Positions 1-13,168 of a stretch of DNA of 64,000 nt are shown piece by piece. The notes beneath the pieces were generated by a model. That model saw only the letters and a list, made by a program, of their open reading frames with translations, ran no database searches and was not told the DNA's origin. This DNA is from Phoronis australis (Eukaryota > Animalia > Phoronida): the NCBI GenBank assembly GCA_002633005.1, contig NMRA01000471.1:281345-345344 (forward strand). The letters are read 5' to 3'. Each line of letters begins with the position of its first letter. Position 1 is the first letter of the stretch. Made by a program: the position numbers and the translations under genes.

Positions 1-440
1 AATGATTCACATGTTAATCCACTGATTACCAGTAATAGTACACTTGAACGTTTGCCTACTTTTACTCTTTAAAATGCACAACGGTAATCGCTATTAATTT
101 GACATAAAAAATTCCTTTTTTAAAACAAACCCGACCAGTTACAAGAGATTACAAAGTCAAAAAATAGACAGTTACTTATGTACACGATTATTCATTTCAT
201 TAACACACTCATTACTTTAAATTAAGAGTACAATTCAAACTAATTTTTATTTTAGCACAACTATATTCACTCTTTAGTTTCAATACGGTGCCATTTCAGA
301 TATAAAAATCAAACTGAAATGAAATGACATAGCAGAACAATATCCGACTGCGTTTACCAAATAACACCAGGTGAGACCTGACAAAACTCGTCAATGGTCA
401 ACCTTACCTCCCCCCAAGACTCGTCAATGGTCAACCTTAC

Positions 441-3400
441 CTCCCTTCTGACTTCAGCGTGCTTTAGTTTGTTGTCGATGTCTTCCTTGGTCAGACTCAG
501 CCGGGCCACTTTCTCCCTGGGGCTGGGAGGGGAGGCGGGCCTCTTGGCCTCAGCCAACGTCACTTCATAAGCTAACCCCCCGCTACTTTCACGTGGACTC
601 TCTGGAAAGCCAGGTGATCTCGGTACAACACTTTTAAGATAAGTTATTGAACACTAACTAAAACAAGCAATTTCTTCTGCATTAGTCACCTGAAGTATGA
701 AGCAGATTTTACCAAAATGCAAAAATGTGTGAATTTTATACTAACTTAGAAATCGAAACAAGCATTGAAGATCATTTAACACCAACAAATTGAAATGTCA
801 GGCAAGGATCATTGTTTTCCACAATAGCATGTCCACCTCATATTAAAAATGCACACAATTATACGAGTCACAGGATAATATACGATACATGAAGGAACGC
901 ATCAGCCACTTAAAGTAGCTTTGCCTCACAACAACCGCATTTGATTTAGACATCTTACCATTATAAAATTGGTCTTTAGTTCCTAAGTGTAATTATATAT
1001 AATTGGTGGTCATGAAAAGCACAGACAGTCTCTTACATTGGTTGAGAGCAGACTTCACATGCTGACTTGTCACAGTAAGTCATGACATGTTGGCTTGTCA
1101 CAGTAAGTCATCACATGTTGGGTTGTCACAGTAAGTCATTACATGTTGGCTTGTAACAGTAAGTCATCACATGTTGGCTTGTCATAGTAAGTCATCACAT
1201 GTTGGCTTGTAACAGTAAGTCATTACATGTTGGCTTGTCACAGTAAGTCATCACATGTTGGCTTGTAACAGTAAGTCATTACATGTTGGCTTGTAACAGT
1301 AAGTCATCACATGCTGACTTGTCACAGTAAGTCATCACATGTTGACTTGTCACAGTAAGTCATCACATGTTGACTTGTCACAGTAAGTCATCAAATGTTG
1401 GCTTGTCACAGTAAGTCATCACATGTTGACTTGTAACAGTAAGTCATCACATGTTGACTTGTCACAGTAAGTCATCACATGTTGACTTGTCAAAGTAAGT
1501 CATCACATGTTGACTTGTCACAGTAAGTCATTACATGTTGGCTTGTCGCAGTAAGTGCATGTGCTGAATTTGCTCTTTGTAAGACAAGGAATCACTTGTT
1601 ATCACAGTAAAGAACAACTACAGACCAAGTTTATGACAATAAGTGCTTTAAATCAAAAGCAAGTTTCTTTGACAGGATCATTGCGATTGGCTCCTACTAT
1701 TAAAAAACAAACATGCAGCAGCAACAAACGTATTAAAGGGGAAGAAACCATTCTTGGTGTCGCCTTTAGTGAATATAGATCCAAGGCAGGTTACCTTGGA
1801 GATACATCTTTCCTGTTACCAATACTTCCTGCTTCTATGCCGTGTACTTTTCCCTCCATGAAACAACAGTGACAGAAACAATCCAGCAAAAAGCCAGCAT
1901 CTTGGTTCTGATTTCACCTCCATTAAACAAACATGAAATAAACCAGCAACACCAACTGTGTTTAATAGATTAGTGCCTAGGATATTGTGTTTGGTCCATG
2001 GAAGTCAATGTAGATATGTACCTCTTACTGAGCCGTCCACATCACAATTGTTCCATGGACAGTCAATACTTACCATGTGAACAGTACATAACATAGCAAG
2101 ACATCTCTCATGTGAACAGTACATAACATAGTAGGATATTTCTCAAACCTAACCAAAAATCTACATTTATATTAAACAGAACGCCAAAAAGGTTTGTGTT
2201 CCCCTTTAAAGAAACATGCAATCTAAAGTTCTCAAATAAAGCAAAGAAAATTACTGAGGCCTCAAAGGTGAATTGGGGCTTGCAGATTCCTTAAAAGTCT
2301 GCACAAGTATGCAAATTAAGCAATGAACCGACTGACCCAGAGACTGTAATCATAAAAAGCTTGAACATAAACCTGCAGAGGAATACACTTGAACAATGGT
2401 TACCATAGCAATCAAATAGATTAATTATGCACTCAACTGTTACTGATTATGCTCTGTCATTCCTTCAGTGAACACTACGCATATTGCTATTACCTGCACT
2501 TAGTCAGTCACATTGTAACAACACTTAACTAATGCTAAGCAAGTTTTCAGAAAAGCTACGACATCAAACTGCTTCAATTCAAAATTACATGCATAGGATT
2601 ACTACAACACTTCCTGAACACAAAACAAGCAAAACAATTCGCATAAAACTGAGGTCACCATGGAGAGAAAAAGAAAAATTAATCCATAAAATAGCATCTT
2701 TGTCCAGTTTTGAGATTAATGACTAGCACGTTAAAACTGAGGAATAATATATCAAGGCGTCACAATTTGAAAAAATGCATTCCACACGCAAAAACTGAAT
2801 GAAACATGAACTGAATGTAGACTGTTTTTAGCACAAGTGAACCATTTTGTATTTTGGGAGATGGAATGAATAAATAATGGAGATGGGGGAATCATACAAA
2901 ATTGACCTCTAAAAGAGAAAATTTTGGAACTTGTGGCTTTTCATTTAGCCTACTGTAAACATTAATTTTGTACTAAATATTTTATGAAATAAGGGAGTTG
3001 AAAAAATATTAATTGCAAATCACTTGGACTAGAGAATGGCTGAAAAGGAAGATTTAGCAAATTACATGTACATGTGCGTGTACGCGCGCATGCGTGTGTG
3101 TACACAAGTTTTGCTACAAACTACATCATATTAAGAGATAGTAGAATCAAATGAGAAGGCCGAATATTTATATCAGCAGCCTCTACAGTGTATCTCTCAT
3201 GCTCTCAAGTAGTAACATTATATATATAACGCATTCCAGTGCACCTACACCTACACCTACACACACATACACATGTAATTTTCCCAAAGCATTCTAAAAC
3301 AAATCATGAATGGGAATCCAACAATGGATCAAGCCTTGGGAGAAGACATACAAGTACAGCTCTAATATTTTAACAGGATGCTGCAAACAAAACTGGCTGT

Positions 3401-5932
3401 GATACACCGCATGCACTAATACGGGGGAATGACGTGGTGCGCTACCTTTCCATACAACTATAGCATCAAACATCTGAAGTTGTGGGATGCCAGTTGGCCG
3501 TTTGGCCGGCGCTGGACGTAGGCATAACAGCACATTGAGCCAGTGGCAGACTACAAGAAAGTGATGAACACGAGTATTAGTGCTGACCATCGGTCAGTTA
3601 TGATGGACAGGCTGAGGGCTACGGGCAGACAGTGCTTTGAACTAGAGACAGACAAGATACCCTGTTGACCACCATATTATGGCTGACCACTTGACCACCT
3701 ATATTAGGACTAAACACTGGTCAGATGTGGTAGCCATGCTAGTAGCTGCAGGCACAACAATGCCTTGAGCTAGAGACAGACTAAATTAAGATGCATTGAC
3801 CACCAGACAAGTGCTGCAGCTGACCATTACTCAGTTGTGACAGATAGACTGACAGCTGCAGGGAGTACAGTGCCTTGAGTCAGAGACAGACTACAAAAGA
3901 TATGACCATAGGTGCTACAGATGACCATGGGTCAGTTGTGACATAATGACAGCTATATGGACAACAGCATGAGATGAGACAATGTCAGATCACTAGATAC
4001 AGTATCAAGCCATGTGTGACCAGTCATGATTGACTCAAGGATTGTCACCTGCACTATTGCGAGCCCATGTAAGAAAACAAAGACTCCATTCAACTGGGAA
4101 CTCTCATTTTCTGTTTTTGAAAAATCTTTTAAACAAACACATAATTTTGTTTCTTAAAGTTTTGTTTGTAAATTACCAAAATTCTGCTTCACTATTTCAG
4201 TGCTAAAAAACATACTGATCAAGAACCCTCATATTGTGTCCCAGCTTTCTTTTATCCATAAACTACTGCATGTCATGTTTATCCATAAACTACTGCATGT
4301 CATGTTTATCCATAAACTACTGCATGTCATGTTTATCCATAAACTACTGCATGTCATGTTTATCCATAAACTACTGCATGTCATGTTTATCCATAAACTA
4401 CTGCATGTCATGTTTATTATTTCTCAAAACAAAAATGCCACTTTCAGACATAATGAAAAACTAAATAAACAATCGCTCACTGAAAAGCCATCCTCTATGG
4501 ATTTGTGGCCCCAATTGAGGAATATGATGAGTTATTTTAAAAATTTGGTAACTTCATAAATGTCACTAGATCTACTAAATTTTGAAAACTCTAATTTTGC
4601 AAAAGAAGTCTGTAAATTTCCATCTGGTTTTCTTTAACACATAAAATCAAGATTTCTAGTACACATTGCCATGACTTTCTAACAACTGGAACATCAAACT
4701 TTAAATTAAGCGACACAAATAACATGAAATAACGGCAAAAATAACATGAAATAACATTCAGTTCAAGAACGTAATTCACAAACAAGGCAGCAATAAATGA
4801 ATGACTTGTATATGACTAACTTTCGACCAATAGATCGTCACCAGTCAACATTGATCTTGCATTATAACTTACTCATCCAAATACACAGGGGAGATAATAT
4901 TGCCTTAATGTCAGATTAAACCTTACCACTTCAACACAGCTGACAGACAAGGTTTCTGGTTCCTGAGACAAGTCAGTTCACATGGAACACTTGTCAATCA
5001 TGTTCCACCACTAAATTACAAACAAGTTTTAAGCCTCATGTCCAATGAATGGATGAATCTATAAACCTATCAAAGTAAAATTATCCATTAAACAAAGCAT
5101 TCACTTAACACTAAATATATCAAATATTGTCATGGCAAAATTAGTCTCATGTATGTTTCCTCCACATTACTACATTGTAGATAGGCGCTACAGCGGTCAC
5201 TTAGCCCAGCGATATCGTTTTAGATTATTAGGAAAAAGTTTCGTTTTGCCAGTTTCTTTGGGACACCAAAAAATTAGGCAAAAAAGACCATTTATTTAAT
5301 GGATCAACTTGCTGTCCTGTTTTGGACACTAGCAAATCTGTGGATGAGCAAAGTTTGTCCTTTTCAGACAGATCTTCCACTTTGAGTGTCTACAAAATGA
5401 CAGTCCAGAATAATTTGTTCCAAACTAACACATTTGGACTCAAAAGCCCCCTCTCTTGGAACTTTATATTAGGAAACACAGTCAATGTCACAATAGGCTA
5501 ATAGTTACAGGGGTCTGGCATTTTGAGAACCTATTTTCTCCACTAAAAAACAGACATCAAACTGGTTCTCAGGCAAAATACGTGATTATTGCCCAATTAA
5601 GCAAATCATTTGAAGAGCACTGGTCACTCACCTAGAGAGGTTTGCATGATTAATATTGAACACAAGACTCTGAATGTATTCCAACTGTAAGCTCCACAAC
5701 CCTGGCTACTTGGTTGACAACACCACAGGATTTCTATTGGTGTGTGTACTTGTGCAAGTTATGAATGGTATACAAAGCAAATAACAGACCAATGGAAAAG
5801 AACTGCTATGTAGAAAACTGGGGCTCAATGAGAATTATTGAAGTGTTAGTAAGTGCTGGACACAAACACAGCATACCTTCCCACAAAGGGGGGCTGTCAA
5901 GGGGATAATTAGCATAAGTTACCTTGAGACAT
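441..5932 (-). CDS. STMN: Stathmin-family protein (tubulin-sequestering), 5' part only; gene continues off the left edge. Coding exons: 5932-5923 (ATG TCT CAA G) joined to 601-441
   Basis: Spliced translation MSQESPRESSGGLAYEVTLAEAKRPASPPSPREKVARLSLTKEDIDNKLKHAEVRRE matches the stathmin pattern (SGxAFELIL...SP...LSLEEIQKKLEAAEERRK). Exon 601-441 has a ctttccag acceptor and GTAAGG donor. Exon 6000-5923 has a tttgtttcag acceptor and a phase-1 GTAACT donor that completes the GAG codon. Confidence 0.85.
1056..1556. repeat. 28-bp minisatellite (~18 copies), cacatgttgacttgtcacagtaagtcat
   Basis: Directly visible tandem array in a stathmin intron, with no spacers. Confidence 0.95.
3545..4030. repeat. 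Old degenerate tandem repeat (~4-5 units of roughly 100-120 bp)
   Basis: Recurring gacca..tcag(t/a)tgtg.. and gtgccttgagc/tagagacagac blocks. Confidence 0.5.
4251..4417. repeat. 27-bp minisatellite x6, tttatccataaactactgcatgtcatg
   Basis: Perfect tandem copies; explains the repetitive ORFs at 4200-4559. Confidence 0.95.
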
Positions 5933-8380
5933 GTTGGTGTTGAGAGAGGGGTACAGTCACTACTACCACAGTAAGGCACAGCTTCTACTCAGACTACCAA
6001 CTGAAACAAAGAACAAAACATTTCCGTTACCAGCAAGTGAGATATTTAACAAACTCTCCCAGGGCTATGCTCCTGTTCACAGCTAAACTCAACAACTTCA
6101 TTTCATAAAGTACGGTACTTTCTGTTCCTTGTGCTACACCCCACACTCACTCCCCCAACTCCAAATTTAGTTCCTCAACTAAAACCGTCCTTGTCATCAA
6201 TCTGCACTGACACAACATGTTTCACCTGTCTAGCACACAATATGGTGCGGCAATTAATCAGGTATCACTAGATAAATCTAACACCAAGAGAATGTAAACC
6301 AAGTGAACAAGAAAGCACATGCATTGTTTAACCCTGGGTGTCCAGTGAAGTCCTGGGAACATCAAGGGCATGATAGCGCCATCACCAATTGATTGAGCTA
6401 GTCGCTTGGCTGAACGCGCAGGATGAGAGAATTGTGGTCATAAACGAACACATCTGTTTAGTGTACGAGTTTCAAAGTCAAAAATGAACAATAAGTAAGG
6501 CAAACCAAAAATATGACTTCTTAAAATTGAAAATTAAATAGCAGCTGTCTTTGAATTTTTAAATGCATTATAAGAGAAATTAGCAAATACTTGGGTCTTC
6601 TTCAGCATCGCGGCTAAGCCACGAGCATTAATTTGTGAATCAATAATCAGGGCTTAGTCACAGCCTGGCATAACCTCACTTAGACATTGGGTAACAAAAC
6701 CCAAATGTTAGCGTAGGAGTGGTCTCATGACTTCATTTTGACAAACTTTTTGAAAACAAAAACATTCGATTATAATTTGACAAAGGCGTGGTCTGTCTTG
6801 ACCCAACTCAGCATTTACTAAAAGCTGATATCTGTTTAGCCAGGTAGTCAGCCTTAAACAAATTATAAAAATGTTTCAGTCATACCAAGTGCAATAAGGA
6901 CAACATCAAGCGAATTTACAACTGAATTTCTGGCTAAAAAAAAAACAAAAATGGAATTTGGCCTTTTGTTCTTTTAAAATCGGTCTCCTATTCAATTGCT
7001 GTCACTAAAAAGAACATCAAAACCACCAGCTACTCAATAAATTCTTCCAAGCTTATTGGGGTTGCTCAACCCTAAAATTATGAACTCATAAGTAATTTGA
7101 TATTTTATTTTTAGCCTGCAAAACAGGATGAAATGTAGCTTTAAAAATCCTCAAGTTCCTGTTTAGTACAATAAGGCCAAAACTGGTTTGTAGCCAATTT
7201 TCAATATTTCAATGAAATTTTGTCAATACCTGCATAATTCTACAAGCTAAAATGCAGATACATACAAGTATACACTCACACACAAACATCAACGACAACA
7301 CATTTCCTTTACAAGCAAAAAACGTACATACATTCTCTGACACCAATTAACATTTAAAATCCAAAAATCCACAAACTAGTTTGCAATCAAACTTTTATCT
7401 AGGAAAATTCTGACGCTGAAACAGGAAAAGACTTGCCTATAAAATCAGATTTTTTCCGCTTGCTTTTAGCACAAGCACATCTGTCAGTTATACATCTGAC
7501 TAAAACTCCCGTTTCAACCTTTAGTCCAGTCTGATGCCAAAATCCTACAGAACAAAACGTCTCGTCAGAGAAACTCACCGCCCAAGAGTGCTGACAGAAA
7601 AAGTTGTCGTTGTTTAACATAATTAATTCTAGTCTAGTCAGCAACACCAACTCAATGACTCATCGCTGACAACTAACTGTTAATGCATATCACTCAACAT
7701 GCCACTGTCTTATTACAACCTAACAATTCACCTGAACAGCTCCTATGTCAGGACAAAGCACACTTCCTGACACAGAAACCCACCAAGACTCAAATGGACA
7801 ATGTCCACACAATGATCAGCTGATATGCAAGTCAAATCCAGCCATCCATATTTCCCCCAGCTGAGCCCTTCAAGATACAGACTTGCCTATGATCATTTTA
7901 GATTATTGGAAATGGATGCGTCTAGACTTTATATTTCAGTTATCTAGTAATTTATGGCATTCAAAGAACAGCCTCTGCAAAGAGTTATTTTCACCATTAG
8001 CTCAGAAAAAGATACAGACAGTTGGAAGGTTTAACTGGCATAATGAATGACATTGTGTTACATCGCAATCGCAGTTAGCAGATGACAATACCAATTTCTG
8101 AGTTATTATTTGCCCTCATACAATATTTAAGCAATTAACAAAGCTGATAGAAAAGCTATCACTGTCGATGTTCAACTTCAGTCGTGCTGAACCAAAAAAA
8201 CGTATATGGGTATTCAGGCAATTCTGTGAAAAGGTTAACCTAGAGACAAAAAAATTAAAGTTGTGTATAGATTAACTCAACCATCTTCAACAAAATTACA
8301 GATATGAGTCGTATGAATTTAGCAGATAATCAACCTCTTAATGAATTACTGTTTCACAATAGAACTTATACACTGAAAAC

Positions 8381-9110
8381 ACAAGAGCAACGCGGAGTGT
8401 TGAAATGCGCCCACGAATACATTGCAAATGATGTGCTTTTAGGGTTATTAATTTGTATCATAAGAATGGCCACTAGATGGTGCAAAAACATACAATCCAT
8501 CCAAAAACAGGAACATGCCATATTTCATAAAAATCTGTCAAGGAACATCAGAGAAACATTGGAAAACTGAATAAAATGAAATTGCCACTAGTGGACACAG
8601 CGTCTGTTGGATCTACCTGAAAGTCATCGTCATCTATTGTTATCTTCATATAAATACACTTACTAAACTTAGTAAAGATCCTGCAGTGGGCTTAGGAGAT
8701 ATAACTATGGGCATAAAACATAACTACCACAAGGAGGCGCCACAGTAGTTAGTCACCATCATCAAAGGTTGTCTTCACGCTAAGAACATATATGCCAATT
8801 TTCAAATGATTTGGCTGATACAGGGGTGGACGCCAAAAACAAGATTTGAAAACAGCAAAAATGGTCACTAGGTGGTGCAACATACCTCAATTCCATCCAA
8901 AAACAGGAAGATAGCGTCATCACACCAATAGATGCCAAAAGTTAAAATCTTATGAAAATCTGTTGAGGACCTTTGAAGATAGAGTTAAATGTAAAAAAAT
9001 TAAAATTGCCACTAGGGGGCACAGCAGTAGTAAGATCTGTCCGAAAGTTGTCGTCGTCCGTAGTCAACATCAATATGTGGGCACATAAAAAATTAACTTT
9101 GCGTCTGAAT
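8381..9110 (+). mobile_element. Non-autonomous interspersed repeat, copy 1 (starts ACAAGAGCAA.GCGGAG; internal sub-repeats)
   Basis: Clear similarity to 63292-64000 (acaagagcaa.gcggag...aatgcgcccacgaat...gtgtgct, ccactagatggtgcaaaa, aaattgccact). The right end is approximate. Confidence 0.75.
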
Positions 9111-10502
9111 ATTCAAATGACTTTCACATAGATTCCATGACTGTACACCTGCTGTCCACCTTACATCAAATTGTTAGCTAGGGGCAAGTGATTAAAAAAC
9201 AAAAAGGATTATCTCCTCCGTCAGTTTCCAATACCAAGGAGACAAACGGCCCATTGCAGAGGTACAAAAATAACTGACTACGATTACTCTTGGTTGGAAC
9301 ATGTCTGGTGTATCCCACAGCAGATTTTACAACACATAGATAACAAACAATTTGGCAATAATCAGATATGACATGCCTGCACCAGTTTTATGTTTGTTGT
9401 TTAGCGAAAAAAACTGGTTCTAGTTAAAATGTATATACGGTGTATCCGACTATTACCCACAATCGCGATGACATGATTTGGGTTCCCAACTAACTATTTT
9501 ATCTACCATTGTGTCCTTGTGCCTATCGGAGTTGCGATTGAAGATACATAATTATGCTGATGTCATACAGTTTATATCTGTGTTTATATGTACGAATCTC
9601 ATCAGCTACTTATTAGACACAGACTGGATAGTAGCCAGAAGTGTCTTATTTGAGATCTTGAGTGTAATAATTAAAATTGTGTCAGAACAAAATTTGCCTC
9701 GAGGAATGGCTGCAAATTACGTCATTTTGGATAAATTGAACTTTGTACCACAAAATTCCTCTACAAAAATAAACGTCCAGTAAAGTTTCCAATGTATAAC
9801 AATAATAATAATATAGATTAGAGATAACATGTGTTGTGAAGTTACAACATAAAACAGAATGAATGCGTCTTTTATATTTTTAATTCAACTCTAGGTTTTT
9901 ACGCAAGATGCAACACGCATCGCAAATTCACGACAATGCGAGTAATTAAAAGAACACTTTTGAGGCAAAAATAAATTTCACATAAATGAACAGTAGCATG
10001 AAACCAAACCTCCAAGCACACTAACAGCTAGACCTATTGCAGATGAGACATCTCATTTAAATGGTAGACACCAGCTCTTATTTCAGTGAATAACCGGTAG
10101 ACAACGGCAAGAATTGGTGATTTGTAATAAAATAAAAAACAATGGATTTTGTTGTTTTATGGGTCTGGGCAAAGTAGATAACTTCAAGGAGTCTGACACA
10201 AACAACAATGACCACAAAAATGCGTTATTCGGACGGAAAAGAAACGTTGGTCCCTTTAATTGGAACCAGCCTTGTGAAAAATGGCAATTATTTTAACAAA
10301 ATATTCCGTGCATGAAAAACGCATAGCCTCATGTGGTTGATTTCAATATTTATGCAAAATAATGAGCACAAATGACATTACAATATACATATACTCTCAG
10401 TGTAATCTAGTAGTAGATAAGCTATTGAAGCCATTACTTAGAGACTCCACATGGTGATACAAGACCACAGGTCCATAACGTTGTGCTCATTTCTTCAGTT
10501 AA

Positions 10503-11921
10503 GGTTATCTCCAACCTTATTTAGTGGCCTCTATTCTAACTCGTATATCAAAAAAACTAAGCTTTGTCAACTAGTAAAAGTATATATTTTCTGAAAGAAA
10601 AATGATTAGCGAATATGAAAATACTTTTTGTATCAATGTACCATTATTATTTTTACGTAAAAACCTTTTTTAAGTCAAAATTTTACTTTTAAGAAAGATA
10701 CATTCATAGCAAAATAACCCCTCGGTCGATTTTAATGAAACTTTTTTAAATGAAAACTTCACTCGTTACCTCAAAAATGCTGTTAGGAATTTTCGATTAG
10801 TCTTTTCATTTGGTTTCTATGACAAATCAACTCGCAAAACGTAAAGCAGCTTTGTAAAAAAACGGAAGTCGTATTTCGCAAAAGATGGGCCTTTATATCG
10901 AAAATCCTAACAGCGTTTTTGAAACTGATGACTAAATATTAAATCTGGAAAGCTTCAGCGAAATCCACCGAGCTGTTTTCGAGAACTCGTGTACCTAAGT
11001 TCAAATAAAGTCGATTTGCCGAAGCCGACAAAAAGCCGATTAAATTGGGACAAGTGAAAATCTCAAAGCCTTCGTTTAATTGTTCAGTGAAAACTTGTTT
11101 TCGGTTCACATAACCTTTACAAGCCTTAATTATGTTCGCTAATTCAACATTCACTCGCAATGTCAACTGATTATGTAGTGCGTAATTAACTTAATTATCA
11201 TTAAAACTTCTCACTACAGTTGCGTTCCCCAGCTAACTACTGCTGTTTGCGCCATTTGACCTACTTTATAAGTATATAGGTCACAGTTCATTGTTTACAC
11301 ATAGCCTGTACACGTCACGTGCTGGGAAACTGATACAAAACTAAGTAAGAAATGGATAATAAAAATCGAATTGGTGGTTACAGCATGTCGTTAGCATGAG
11401 ATCGAAACATTGAAATGTCAATTTATTAATTGAATGAAGGAATTAGGGTAAGGATTAATCTCTTTTCACAACTTGCTGTGTTCATGACCACAGAGGATTG
11501 AGGCGACTGTAGCATTCGTTCTCAACGCCAACGGTCGTATGCATGTAGACGTACAACTCCCTTAGGATCAAAACTACGTTTTGTCTTTGTTTTCCTCGGC
11601 ACCATTCTACCTTAAGTACATCTCGTTGACTCAATATTACAGCGATTTTGTGAATGAATGGACTGAGGGTATGCGAAGCTGTTCTGTACCTGGCAGATTT
11701 GATTTGATTGAAAGCCTTTAACCTTTGACCTCGGATAAATAGTAAACAAAATTCCATGCAGGTTGTGCAGTTCCAAGATGGTTCTATTAAATCTTTTTTC
11801 TCGCTACGTAGTATCTATTTTGTATTTGAAGTTCCTTGAGAATGAAGGTAAGGTATTTTGCTAGACACAAGTGAAATATTGTAAAAATGGCCACTTTTTG
11901 TGAATAAGGTTGGAGATAACC
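10503..11921. mobile_element. Non-autonomous DNA transposon, Kolobok-like (1.4 kb)
   Basis: Perfect 19-bp TIRs GGTTATCTCCAACCTTATT (10503-10521 / 11903-11921) flanked by TTAA on both sides. RR..YY termini with a TTAA TSD fit Kolobok rather than piggyBac. No transposase ORF. Confidence 0.85.
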
Positions 11922-13168
11922 TTAAATAAAAGACCAATGACTGACAAGGTCCTGGTATAACTTTTGGCTATTCATATTCAGATTTCTGAATTTTGGCTCT
12001 AGTCAAAGACAAAAGGCAATAGTTCCTTTCAGCCAGAAACTGGTGCCTGGACAACAATAACACTCCTGACACTTGCCTCACAGAACTGTTTACCCACAGC
12101 ACAGATCAAATAATGCTCAATTGAGAACCATTTGATGATTACATAAAGTCATAGTACACAGCATGTAAATACTTTGTTTTCCATCATCCAACAGAAATAA
12201 ACTTTTCTATCACGCAACTTAAAAGGCCAGCTTTATGCAAACAGTTACCTCAAATCAATAGGGAATGTTTAACTCAACATCAGGAATCGATTAGTGAGAC
12301 CTCAGGGACCCCCAGACACATAAGGGCATGCTCAGTCTTTCATTCAGGACCATTACATGAACTTATACATTTCAGCTGTCCACTTTGGCAATACTGCAGT
12401 AACATGCAAGTTTTCAAAAATTCCATATACCATCTTCAGATCTATTTTTAAAGGTCCTTTGACGTAAACCGCGAAGTTACTTGAATCATTCATGCCAGCT
12501 TCGGTAGTTAACGTCGCTGAAATAAATGGGAGGTCACGTTGTCACCATCGAAGTAATCGCAGGGTAGGACTGATGCATTACCTGCACACGATAAGATTTT
12601 GTTTTAATGTGAGAATTTATGTGTGCTAAATGACTTAAAACTCAGTAGTCCTTGACAAAAAATATAAGCAACTATTAGTGACAATACTGCCCTAATTGCT
12701 GACGACAACAGTGGCCCCTGGTGACAACTTGACAGTTCATACCGCACCGCAGTGCCAACACTCCGTTGTTAAATCCTTTTATTTACTGGTGCAGTTAGCT
12801 TCGATAAAGGACCAAGTTATCCACTAATAGTGACCGAACTCCCCAAAACATCGACGTGTCGACATTGGTACGAAAGCGCCTCAAGACACATGCGAATTCA
12901 GTTCTATTTCGCGGAGGTAGAAGATACTATGATTGACCAGGTTTTGAAAAGGTTATACTGATACCCACTTTATAAAAACTGAAAGGCCTAAGAAAAGAAT
13001 TTGTGATGCCTGACCTTCACTTTTTGATGTCACCATAGCAACTATGATGAATGTCAAAATAATTTTGCTGTAACAAGCATAAGAGTGCAACTGTGCCCCA
13101 ATGATCAACATTGGGTGGAACTATTGCACCATCTCAGTTATTGTGTTTCACAGTCTGTGTATCATAAA

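Noticed and set aside
1056-1556. 28-bp palindromic repeat array (TGACTT..AAGTCA stem) superficially CRISPR-like
   Set aside because: The units are contiguous with no unique spacers, there are no cas genes, and it lies in a eukaryotic intron: a minisatellite.
4200-4559. Repetitive ORFs (also at 24875-25171, 30876-31145 and 55306-56005)
   Set aside because: Translations of intronic minisatellites whose unit lacks a stop in some frame.
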